A DNA stretch of 60,373 nt, the filler included. It is 6 parts of 6 records of this genome, joined end to end, with 100 filler letters (N's around TTAATTAATTAA, not from the genome) between each part and the next. Parts side by side here need not be neighbours in the genome. Positions count along the whole stretch, not along the records: positions 35,085 to 53,306 come from SRR20825019_217; 5 more parts are not named here. One strand, written 5' to 3'. Positions within the stretch are counted from its first letter, which is position 1. Each line of letters begins with the position of its first letter. Positions 42,307 to 51,109 of this stretch are shown here, in pieces. Under the pieces are notes generated by a model. That model made no database searches and was not told the DNA's origin. It saw only the letters and a program-made list of their open reading frames with translations. The translations under genes and the position numbers were made by a program.

Positions 42307-43320
42307 TTAAAGACTTGATTTTTTGACCTGGGTGTACTGCCTTCTAATGATGGATTCCGCTGGCTTATTTTGGGGCGTAAATCGATTGTCCGCATGTCCG
42401 CCAACTTGATCGTGCTGCATGAACCATTTCCAGACAAATCCCCCGGCAAACCAATCCTCGCTCCAGAACTCATTAAAAAGAACCTGTGTGGCATCGGCTT
42501 GTGCCTTGAGGTTCACATTCATTTGGTTACGGTCCACCAACCAAGGCTTTTTGCCCGTAAAATCCATGCTTCGGTACCCAAACTCTGTAAAAAGAATAGG
42601 TTTATCTTCCTGTTTGGCAAGTTCCCGCATTTTGGTCTTCCAGGGTTGCCAACCTTCCGTTAGCGTTTCTATCGTAGGGTTTTCCCGTTCGCAAAGCGGA
42701 AAATAGGCGTTCACACCAATAAAATCCAAATCCGACCAAAAAGGTGTTTTTGCATACTCGTCCCAGTTGGCGGCATAGGTAATCTTGCCCGTGTACACTT
42801 CTCTTACCTTTTTAATAAGATCGTTCCAAAACCCAGGCCGTTCGTTCACAAAGGTTTTTAGCTCAGTTCCTATACAAAATATGTCGCTTTGGGTTTCTTC
42901 CGCCATCTCGGCATAAAGTAGAATAAATGCTTCGTAGGATGCTTCCAGTTTTTCCCAATCTTCTTCTGAAGGCATTTTCATGTTACCAGTAAATTGACCA
43001 TCAAAAATCCATATTTGGGGTTTTACCATCACGCTTACCCCATTTTGATGCAACTTTTCTATGTACTGCTTTGCTCCTTCCCTGCGCTCACCATACCATT
43101 GCCTATCCGTATTAAAAATCAGTTCGGGGGAATCCAAATCCCTAATGAATCCAAACGGCATCACGGCGGCATAATTGGCGCCCACTTTAAGAACGGGGTC
43201 GATATGGTGTTGGGCGACTTCCTCCCCCGAGGCGACAAAACTGACACCATTGACTTTATCAAACTTGCTAGTTGCGCAAGAGGCAAAAACAAGCACACAT
43301 AAATAAATCAGCTTTTTCAT
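42307..43320 (-). CDS. Glycoside hydrolase family 113-like (beta-mannanase-like) lipoprotein
   Basis: Start ATG 43320, lipobox FASC; MVKPQIW, CIGTEL (acid/base), TYAANWDE, IGVNAYFPL, LFTEFGYRS (nucleophile), GGFVWKW, KPAE. Confidence 0.85.
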   Translation of the reverse strand: MKKLIYLCVLVFASCATSKFDKVNGVSFVASGEEVAQHHIDPVLKVGANYAAVMPFGFIRDLDSPELIFNTDRQWYGERREGAKQYIEKLHQNGVSVMVKPQIWIFDGQFTGNMKMPSEEDWEKLEASYEAFILLYAEMAEETQSDIFCIGTELKTFVNERPGFWNDLIKKVREVYTGKITYAANWDEYAKTPFWSDLDFIGVNAYFPLCERENPTIETLTEGWQPWKTKMRELAKQEDKPILFTEFGYRSMDFTGKKPWLVDRNQMNVNLKAQADATQVLFNEFWSEDWFAGGFVWKWFMQHDQVGGHADNRFTPQNKPAESIIRRQYTQVKKSSL

Positions 43321-43448
43321 AATGATTGCGAACGCTTTAAAAATAATCATTTTAAAACATCATCCGACCGCCAAATTCTTATTAAATTTCATCTTTCTGT
43401 TAAGTTTTTACGATAAACCTCGACACATAGAACAATCAAACCCAACCC

Positions 43449-44798
43449 ATGGAGCACATTGTCATTATTGGAAATGGAATTGCAGGTGTAACCGCTGCAA
43501 GGCACATTCGAAAGCTTTCCGACAAAAAAATCACCATTGTTTCCGCAGAATCCGAGTACTTTTTCTCCCGAACAGCTTTGATGTATGTGTACATGGGCCA
43601 CATGAGGTTTGAGCATACCCAACCCTACGAGAACCACTTCTGGAAAAAGAACCGAATAGATTTGGTACAAGCGTACGTGACCAAGGTCAACACCCAAGAA
43701 AAATTGCTTCATCTTGATGGTGCTCCAGACCTCGACTACGATAAATTGATTATTGCCACAGGATCCAAACCCAATAAATTCGGTTGGCCCGGACAGGATT
43801 TGGATGGCGTTCAAGGGCTTTATTCCAAACAAGACCTGGAACTGCTGGAAGACAACGCACCCAATAACAAGGTTTGCAAACGGGCAGTGATCATTGGTGG
43901 TGGGCTTATTGGCATCGAATTGGCCGAAATGCTACGTACTCGTGATATCCCAGTGACTTTTTTGGTTCGTGAAAACAGCTTTTGGAACAGTGTTTTGCCT
44001 TCTGGCGAATCAGAAATGATCAACGAACATATCCACGAGCACCATATTGATTTGCGGTTAGGTGCTTCGCTCAAGCAAATCAATCCTGATGAAAATGGAA
44101 GGGTAAAATCCGTGACACTGGCCGAAACTGGAGAAGAAATTGAATGTGACTTGGTGGGATTGACCACAGGTGTTACCCCAAATATTGATTTTTTGAAAGA
44201 CTCGGATATAGAATTAGGTAGAGGAGTAAAGGTAAATCGGTTTTTGGAGACAAATGTTGAACACGTATACGCCATTGGCGATTGTGCGGAACAGCACGAA
44301 GCCATTGGAAATCGACGCCCCATTGAAGCTGTTTGGTACACGGGCCGTATGATGGGCGAAACCCTGGCCCAGACCATTTGTGGCAATCGAATGGAATACA
44401 ACCCCGGACACTGGTTCAACTCCGCCAAGTTTCTGGACATTGAGTACCAAACCTATGGTTGGGTGTTCCCAGAGAGAAAGAAAAAAGAAAACGAGGCCCA
44501 TTTCCATTGGAGACATTCCAAAGAAAAACTTTGTATCACCATTGCGTTTGATAAGGATTCTGAAACTGTGTTGGGCATCAACACCTTTGGCATTCGTTTG
44601 CGGCACGAAGTTTTTGATAGATGGCTCAGTGAAAAAAGAACCATTGATTATGTGATGGAACATCTTAGAGACGCCAATTTCGACCCTGAGTTTTATAAAA
44701 GTTTTGAACCTCAGATCGTGTCGAAATACAATTCCAATTTCGGAAAATCCATCAACCCGAAAAAGAAAAACCTAAAACGCATCTTCCAACTGAATTGA
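43449..44798 (+). CDS. NAD(P)/FAD-dependent oxidoreductase (NADH oxidase/rubredoxin reductase-like)
   Basis: IIGNGIAG, LIIATGS, IIGGGLIGIE, YAIGDCAE. Confidence 0.92.
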   Translation: MEHIVIIGNGIAGVTAARHIRKLSDKKITIVSAESEYFFSRTALMYVYMGHMRFEHTQPYENHFWKKNRIDLVQAYVTKVNTQEKLLHLDGAPDLDYDKLIIATGSKPNKFGWPGQDLDGVQGLYSKQDLELLEDNAPNNKVCKRAVIIGGGLIGIELAEMLRTRDIPVTFLVRENSFWNSVLPSGESEMINEHIHEHHIDLRLGASLKQINPDENGRVKSVTLAETGEEIECDLVGLTTGVTPNIDFLKDSDIELGRGVKVNRFLETNVEHVYAIGDCAEQHEAIGNRRPIEAVWYTGRMMGETLAQTICGNRMEYNPGHWFNSAKFLDIEYQTYGWVFPERKKKENEAHFHWRHSKEKLCITIAFDKDSETVLGINTFGIRLRHEVFDRWLSEKRTIDYVMEHLRDANFDPEFYKSFEPQIVSKYNSNFGKSINPKKKNLKRIFQLN

Positions 44799-44905
44799 TT
44801 GGTTGATGGCTCAGGGTTAATGGTTTATTAAAGAGTTTAAATTGTACGAAAAACTGGAGAGGTCATGTCCCATTCGAAAATATCAGAACAAAGAAACAAC
44901 AAACA

Positions 44906-46516
44906 ATGAACAGTCAAACCTATCATAAAAGCATGGCCCTGACAGGCGAACCACCAAAAAGTTTGAGCATAAGTCAAAAACTCGCTGTCTTTTTGGGATT
45001 ATCTGGGCTGGGCATTCTGCTTTTGGCCGTTTTCAATGTCAATTTTCCGAATAGGACCTTATGGTTGACCTTGTCTCTTTTGGCTATCACCGTCGGGATT
45101 GTTTGGTTTTCCTGGGATGCCTATTCCAAAAAAATCCCTGGGATCAAAAATGATGGTGTTTGGTTCAAGTCGATTTCCAGTCGCGGTTTATGGGGATGGG
45201 TGGCAGGTTTGTCCTTGACAGGTTTCTACATTGTACTCTATTTTTATCCTGAATATCTCGGTCTGGTGAACGATGGCGACAATAAAGGGGTTATTGGGCT
45301 TTTTGACCCGCTCAGTAAATTTTTGAGCGGCAACCCCGCCAGTCAGTGGTTTGTTTACGGCACACTTTATACGGTGGCCATTTTGGCCTTTGGCATCAAG
45401 TTCCTTTGGAAATATCGCCATAACCGATACGAAAGGTTGCGCACTTGGAGCGTCATGTTCTTTCAAACCGCTTTTGCGTTCATCATCCCAGAATTGATGG
45501 CCCGTTTGAACGGCGATAAAATTTTGGACGGGGGCAGTTTGCCTTATTACGACCTCAAAAATATTTGGCCGCTCAACTATTATAATTTTGAAGGGTATCG
45601 CATTAAAGCGTTTTTAAGTTCGGGGGAAATCGGTTTTGCCCTATTGATCTTTGGCATCCTCTCCATTTTTGTGATAACTCCCATCCTTACCTACAAATAT
45701 GGTAAAAGATGGTACTGCTCTTGGGTCTGCGGGTGTGGTGGATTGGCAGAAACCGCTGGGGATTCATTCAGGCAGTTGAGCGATAAATCTACATTTGCAT
45801 GGAAAGTAGAACGCTGGGTGGTGCACAGTGTCGTAGTTTTTGTGACTTTGATGACCACCGCGGTCATTTATTCCTACTTGGGAACGGATACCAGTAAATA
45901 TTGGCTGACCAAGAGCTCTTTTTTAATCGGGGTGGCCGTTTTACTGACCTTGGTGTTCGGTTGGGCCATGATTTTTAAAAGAAATCAACTCCAGAAAGAT
46001 GCGCAGTACGGAGCCATCGGTTATTTTGTGATCATTATAGCGCTGATCGGGTTTCATTTTTTTAGCGGGGACGGACAAATTTTTCTTTTTAAATCCGAAA
46101 CACTTCGTAAATCGTACTCTTTCTTGATCGGAAGCATTTTTTCTGGAGTCATCGGAACAGGGTTCTACCCCATCTTTGGGAGCAGGGTGTGGTGCCGCTT
46201 CGGTTGCCCCATGGCCGCCATTTTAGGGTTTCAGCAGAAATTGTTTTCCAGGTTCAGAATTACCACCAATGGTGGGCAATGTATTTCTTGTGGCAACTGT
46301 TCGGTATACTGCGAAATGGGCATCGATGTGCGGGCCTACGCCCAGAAAGGAGAGAACATCGTTCGGTCGAGCTGTGTGGGATGTGGAATTTGCTCGGCAG
46401 TTTGTCCACGGGGCGTCCTTAAACTGGAAAACGGTCCGTTGGAAGGTAGAATCGATAGCAATCAAGTGCTGTTGGGCAATGATGTGGACCTGATGACATT
46501 GGTGAACAAAAAATAG
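44906..46516 (+). CDS. Polytopic membrane 4Fe-4S protein (NapH/MauN/CcoG-like polyferredoxin)
   Basis: Many TM segments; YCSWVCGCG, WCRFGCP, CISCGNCSVYC, CVGCGICSAVCP. Confidence 0.9.
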   Translation: MNSQTYHKSMALTGEPPKSLSISQKLAVFLGLSGLGILLLAVFNVNFPNRTLWLTLSLLAITVGIVWFSWDAYSKKIPGIKNDGVWFKSISSRGLWGWVAGLSLTGFYIVLYFYPEYLGLVNDGDNKGVIGLFDPLSKFLSGNPASQWFVYGTLYTVAILAFGIKFLWKYRHNRYERLRTWSVMFFQTAFAFIIPELMARLNGDKILDGGSLPYYDLKNIWPLNYYNFEGYRIKAFLSSGEIGFALLIFGILSIFVITPILTYKYGKRWYCSWVCGCGGLAETAGDSFRQLSDKSTFAWKVERWVVHSVVVFVTLMTTAVIYSYLGTDTSKYWLTKSSFLIGVAVLLTLVFGWAMIFKRNQLQKDAQYGAIGYFVIIIALIGFHFFSGDGQIFLFKSETLRKSYSFLIGSIFSGVIGTGFYPIFGSRVWCRFGCPMAAILGFQQKLFSRFRITTNGGQCISCGNCSVYCEMGIDVRAYAQKGENIVRSSCVGCGICSAVCPRGVLKLENGPLEGRIDSNQVLLGNDVDLMTLVNKK

Positions 46517-46564
46517 ATTTCCCTTCTTTTTGAAGATTTTCAATCAAATATCCTTGGAAAATTT

Positions 46565-46572
46565 TAGTTTTG
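46565..46572 (+). promoter_or_regulatory. Candidate internal -7 promoter element before the glycosyltransferase genes
   Basis: TAGTTTTG fits TAnnTTTG, about 36 bp upstream of ATG 46609. Confidence 0.35.
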
Positions 46573-46608
46573 GCGAGCTCTAACACTAACCAAAACAACA
46601 TCTGACCA

Positions 46609-47298
46609 ATGGCGGATATCAAGGTCATCATCCCAGCGATCAACGAAGGAGATTCCATTGGTTTGGTGGTCTCGGAAATTCCCGACCATGTGTCCGAAAT
46701 TGTGGTCGTGGACAACGGTTCCGAAGACGATACCGTAGCCAATGCAGAAAAAGCTGGCGCCACTGTAATCACGGAAAACCGCAAGGGCTATGGGTTCGCC
46801 TGTTTAAGAGGATTAAATTACATATCCGAACGATCTAAAACACCCGACATCATCGTATTTATCGACGGAGATTATTCAGATTATCCAGAGGAATTGGATA
46901 AGATTGTCGCCCCAATTTTGGAAAATGACATCGATTTTGTGGTGGGAGCGCGAAAAAAATCACTTCGCGAACCTGGTTCCATGACCCCACAGCAGGTTTT
47001 TGGGAACCAATTGGCCACATTTTTAATGCGATTGTTTTTTAGGTCAAAATTTACGGATCTAGGACCTTTTAGGGCGATAAAATATGAAAAGCTCAAAGAA
47101 TTAAGAATGCAGGACACCACTTATGGCTGGACAGTGGAAATGCAATTGAAAATTTTGAGAAAAAAAATGTCATATATCGAAGTACCAGTGCGTTACAAAC
47201 GAAGAATCGGGGTGTCAAAAGTATCAGGTACGGTAAAAGGTACTATATTTGCTGGCATAAAAATATTAGGTTGGATCTTTAAATACAGTTTAAAATAA
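46609..47298 (+). CDS. GT2 glycosyltransferase, polyprenol-phosphate sugar synthase (DPM1)-like
   Basis: IIPAINE, VVDNGSEDDT, GYG.AC, FIDGDYSD, TDLGPFRAI, YGWTVEM, R..G.SK. Confidence 0.9.
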   Translation: MADIKVIIPAINEGDSIGLVVSEIPDHVSEIVVVDNGSEDDTVANAEKAGATVITENRKGYGFACLRGLNYISERSKTPDIIVFIDGDYSDYPEELDKIVAPILENDIDFVVGARKKSLREPGSMTPQQVFGNQLATFLMRLFFRSKFTDLGPFRAIKYEKLKELRMQDTTYGWTVEMQLKILRKKMSYIEVPVRYKRRIGVSKVSGTVKGTIFAGIKILGWIFKYSLK

Positions 47299-48782
47299 TG
47301 GGACTTGCTATCGCTTACATCATCATTGCTATTTACAGTACAGCCTTAATTTTGATATTCTTTTACAGTCTGGCCCAGTTGAATCTACTGGTCAATTATC
47401 TGGGCTATAAAAAACGGAACGAGGAAGCTCCAAAATTTAATCTTCTCGATCCCAAAGAAATCCCGTTCGTTACCATTCAGCTTCCCATTTACAACGAGGA
47501 ATATGTAATGGAACGTTTGTTGGAAAACATTGCCAAGATAGAATACCCAAAAAGCAAACTGGAAATCCAAGTGCTGGACGACTCAACGGACGATTCCGTA
47601 GTGGAAACCGCCAGAAGGATCGAGGAACTCCAAGAAACTGGATTGGACATTAAGCATATCCGTAGGGAAAACAGACAAGGCTATAAAGCAGGTGCCCTCA
47701 AAGAAGGACTGGAAATTGCCAAAGGTGATTTTATCGCCATTTTTGATGCCGACTTCCTTCCAGAAGCCGACTGGCTCAAAAAAACAGTTCCTTATTTCAA
47801 GGATGAGGAAATCGGTGTGGTACAGACCCGCTGGGGACACATCAATAGGGATTACTCCACTTTGACCCGTATACAGGCCTTTGCTTTGGATGCCCACTTT
47901 ACTTTGGAACAAGTTGGGAGAAACTCCAAAGGACACTTTATCAACTTTAACGGTACCGCAGGCATCTGGAGAAAAGAATGCATTTTCGATGCGGGCAATT
48001 GGGAGGGCGACACCCTTACCGAAGACCTCGATTTGAGCTACCGTGCCCAATTAAAAAACTGGAAGTTCAAGTATTTGGAAGATGTGGAAACTCCCGCAGA
48101 GCTTCCCGTAGTGATCAGCGCCGCTCGTTCACAACAGTTCCGTTGGAATAAAGGTGGTGCCGAAAACTTCAGAAAAACGGTATTGAGCGTTATTACCGCC
48201 AAAAACATACCTTTCAAAACAAAATTCCATGGGGTAATGCACCTCTTGAACAGCTCTATGTTTCTTTGCGTGTTCACCGTAGCCTTGTTGAGCATTCCCA
48301 TGCTGTACATTAAAAACACCTATGGCCATTTGGGTTGGGTGTTCGAGGTGACAAGCTTCTTCATTCTAAGTACCATCATCTTGTTTGTATGCTATTGGTT
48401 TACGTACAAAAGTATTCAGGGCAGTAGTTTCGACAATTTCGTGGATTACATCAAACTGTTCTTTACCTTTTTCTCCGTGGCATTGGGCTTTTCTTTGCAC
48501 AATACCGTCGCAGTTTTGGAAGGACATTTGGGCAAACGAAGTGAATTTGTAAGAACTCCAAAGTTCAACATCAACAGTATTAAGGATACCTGGAAAGGCA
48601 ACAAATATTTAACCGATAAATTGTCGCCAAACATGATCTTGGAGTTTGCCTTGATGATTTATTTCCTTTTTGGGATGTACAGCGCCATACCATTGAACGA
48701 CTACGGATTGTTCCCGTTCCACTTAATGTTGTTCCTAGGCTTTGGATTTGTATTCTTTAAATCCTTAACTTCCAAGGCATAA
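47298..48782 (+). CDS. Processive GT2 synthase similar to plant CslA/CslC glycan synthases
   Basis: QLPIYNE, QVLDDSTD, GYKAGALKEG, IFDADF, HFTLEQ, FNGTAGIWR, TEDLDL, QQFRW (D,D,D,QxxRW); N- and C-terminal TMs. Confidence 0.9.
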   Translation: MGLAIAYIIIAIYSTALILIFFYSLAQLNLLVNYLGYKKRNEEAPKFNLLDPKEIPFVTIQLPIYNEEYVMERLLENIAKIEYPKSKLEIQVLDDSTDDSVVETARRIEELQETGLDIKHIRRENRQGYKAGALKEGLEIAKGDFIAIFDADFLPEADWLKKTVPYFKDEEIGVVQTRWGHINRDYSTLTRIQAFALDAHFTLEQVGRNSKGHFINFNGTAGIWRKECIFDAGNWEGDTLTEDLDLSYRAQLKNWKFKYLEDVETPAELPVVISAARSQQFRWNKGGAENFRKTVLSVITAKNIPFKTKFHGVMHLLNSSMFLCVFTVALLSIPMLYIKNTYGHLGWVFEVTSFFILSTIILFVCYWFTYKSIQGSSFDNFVDYIKLFFTFFSVALGFSLHNTVAVLEGHLGKRSEFVRTPKFNINSIKDTWKGNKYLTDKLSPNMILEFALMIYFLFGMYSAIPLNDYGLFPFHLMLFLGFGFVFFKSLTSKA

Positions 48783-48791
48783 ACAAACACC

Positions 48792-50144
48792 ATGCAATCT
48801 TATTGGCGACTGCACAAATACCCGATACTTTTTGCTGTCGCTTGTATTCTGTTCTACTGGAGTTTTGCATACAACTTGGTCCGTACGGACTTCATTAAGT
48901 TGTTCATGCTCTATGGGGCACTTTTTTACCTTACTTCCAAAATTATCCAGTTCGAAAAATGGAACTTTAAGTTCCTATTGGTCGTTGGAATACTTTTTCG
49001 GTTGGTATTTTTGATTGCCGAACCCAATCTTTCACAGGATTTCTATAGGTTCATTTGGGATGGTGAACTCATCAAAAACGGCATCAACCCGTATTTGTAC
49101 ACACCCGACCAAATTATGGAGCAGGGCACGGTATCATTCCCCAGCATGAAGGAACTGCATGAAGGAATGACCGACCTCAATGCACGTCACTACAGCAATT
49201 ATCCCCCAATCAACCAAGTTCTTTTTGCCATTGCATCAATTTTGGGAGGAGGAAGCGTTTTAGGTTCCACCATTGCCATGCGGTTGATAGTGATTCTTGC
49301 GGATTTAGGTGTGCTTTATTTTGGAAGAAAGCTTTTACAGCACCTGAACAAGGCCAACCATTTGGCATTTTGGTACTTTTTGAATCCATTGGTCATCATC
49401 GAACTCACGGGCAACCTGCATTTTGAAGGTGTAATGCTCTTTTTCTTTGTTTGGGCCCTGTATCTCATTGCCAAAAATAAATGGTTATGGTCAACCCCGA
49501 TATATGCCATTTCCATCATGGTAAAGCTAATGCCCCTGATGTTCCTGCCGCTTTTTGTAAAATACTTCGGGCTAAAAAAGAGTGTTGTTTTTTACGCTTT
49601 GATACTATTGGGGTGCGGGGCTTTGCTGTTTCCTTTTTATTCCTCCGTATTTATCGATAATTATTCGGATACCGTTGGGCTATGGTTCACCAATTTTGAG
49701 TTCAATGCCAGCATATACAATGTCGTTAAAAAGATTGCGGTCACTTATTATGAAGCCAAACCTTGGGAATTGATCGATTCCTATGGTTCAGTAATACAAA
49801 GAGTGGTGGTCGTTATCATTTTGCTGCTTGCTTTCCTTCGGAAAAACCAAAAACTGGAAAGCGTCATCACATCCATAATGTTAGCATTGGCCTGCTATTA
49901 TTTTCTCTCCAGCACCGTGCATCCTTGGTATGTGGTGTTCCTTTTGGGCATTGCCGTGTTTACCGATTACAGGTTCCCATTCGTGTGGTCCTTCGCCGTT
50001 GTTCTGAGTTACTATGCATATTCTAATCCCGATTACAAAGAAAACCTTTGGTTATTGGCCATTGAATACATTTTGGTAATTGGGTTTTTTATTTATGAAA
50101 TAATAGGAAGTAGGCCTAAAAAGTTATATTTCCTCAAAAAGTGA
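48792..50144 (+). CDS. GT-C fold polytopic glycosyltransferase (polyprenol-phosphate-mannose-dependent, GT87-like)
   Basis: LSQDFYRFIWDG, NPY, YPP, LNPL..IE..GN.HFE, K..P, VHPWY; about 11 TMs. Confidence 0.8.
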   Translation: MQSYWRLHKYPILFAVACILFYWSFAYNLVRTDFIKLFMLYGALFYLTSKIIQFEKWNFKFLLVVGILFRLVFLIAEPNLSQDFYRFIWDGELIKNGINPYLYTPDQIMEQGTVSFPSMKELHEGMTDLNARHYSNYPPINQVLFAIASILGGGSVLGSTIAMRLIVILADLGVLYFGRKLLQHLNKANHLAFWYFLNPLVIIELTGNLHFEGVMLFFFVWALYLIAKNKWLWSTPIYAISIMVKLMPLMFLPLFVKYFGLKKSVVFYALILLGCGALLFPFYSSVFIDNYSDTVGLWFTNFEFNASIYNVVKKIAVTYYEAKPWELIDSYGSVIQRVVVVIILLLAFLRKNQKLESVITSIMLALACYYFLSSTVHPWYVVFLLGIAVFTDYRFPFVWSFAVVLSYYAYSNPDYKENLWLLAIEYILVIGFFIYEIIGSRPKKLYFLKK

Positions 50145-50190
50145 CCTCAACTTTAGTACAATTCGAATTAATTTGTACTTTAGCTTCAGA

Positions 50191-50274
50191 ATGAAAGGAT
50201 ACCAGTACATACCATTTACTTTGAGCATCGCTGCTCCTATCAGTCCATTTACTCCCCGTCGTCGTCGCCCGTAA
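50191..50274 (+). CDS. Putative arg-operon leader peptide MKGYQYIPFTLSIAAPISPFTPRRRRP (27 aa)
   Basis: ATG 50191 to TAA 50274 with tandem CGT CGT CGT CGC near the end; 91 bp before the first arg gene; preceded by TACTTTAG (-7-like). Confidence 0.75.
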   Translation: MKGYQYIPFTLSIAAPISPFTPRRRRP

Positions 50275-50365
50275 GGGTGCTTCATATCTATTGGAAATAG
50301 GTGAGTCCATTTCCGCAGAACGACCAAATCTATTTTTTTAATTTTTTACAGAACAATCGCTTGCA

Positions 50366-50980
50366 ATGGAAATTATTGTTGCTAACGAATCACATTTTAA
50401 ATACGCACAGATCATTAGCGATACCATTACCGAATCGGCCAAAGTCCGCGGTACAGGTATTGCCAGACGTACTCCCGAATATATTATAAAACGCCTCCAG
50501 AACGGAAACGCCATCATTGCCTTGGATGGCAATAAATTTGCGGGTTTCTGCTATATCGAGGTCTGGGGAAACAAGGATTTTGTGGCCAACTCCGGTTTGA
50601 TCGTACATCCCGATTACAGAAACCAAGGACTTGCCAAAAAAATCAAAAAGGCAGTTTTTGATCTATCCAGAAAAAAATTCCCTGAAGCCAAAATATTTGG
50701 TATCACCACGGGACTTGCCGTAATGAAAATGAACTACGAACTGGGCTATAAACCTGTTACATTTTCCGAACTTACGGACGATCCCGAATTTTGGAAAGGT
50801 TGTCAGACCTGTAAGAACTTTGATATTCTAACACGCACAGAAAAAAAGATGTGCCTGTGCACTGGCATGCTGTACGACCCCAATACAAAAAAACACGAGC
50901 CTGAAAAACTCAATAAAAAAGCGTTTCAAAGGCTGAAAAGCATTAAGGAACACCTTTTCCTAAAAAAGAAAGATAGTTAA
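50366..50980 (+). CDS. GNAT N-acylglutamate synthase (Bacteroidetes ArgA substitute)
   Basis: SAKVRGTGIARRTPEY, GFCYIE, VANSGLIV, FWKGCQTC..CLCTGMLYDP; first gene of the arg operon. Confidence 0.8.
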   Translation: MEIIVANESHFKYAQIISDTITESAKVRGTGIARRTPEYIIKRLQNGNAIIALDGNKFAGFCYIEVWGNKDFVANSGLIVHPDYRNQGLAKKIKKAVFDLSRKKFPEAKIFGITTGLAVMKMNYELGYKPVTFSELTDDPEFWKGCQTCKNFDILTRTEKKMCLCTGMLYDPNTKKHEPEKLNKKAFQRLKSIKEHLFLKKKDS

Positions 50981-50985
50981 TTTTT

Positions 50986-51094
50986 GGTCCGAGCTATTAT
51001 CCCGAGCACAGTCGAAGGATCAGTCGAACCATTGAGAATACACAAACAGATCCCTGCTGGAGTTTATGCTGAGCAAAGCGAATTGCAGGAACGA
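50986..51094. repeat. Degenerate, apparently nested REP-like palindromic elements
   Basis: GGTCCGAGC[TATTATCCCGAGCACAGTCGAAGGATC]AGTCGAACC and ATCCCTGC[...GCTGAGCAAAGCGAA]TTGCAGGA; the core CGAGC..AGTCGA recurs at 53293-53305. Confidence 0.55.
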
Positions 51095-51109
51095 TAAAAT
51101 AAAAGAAAA

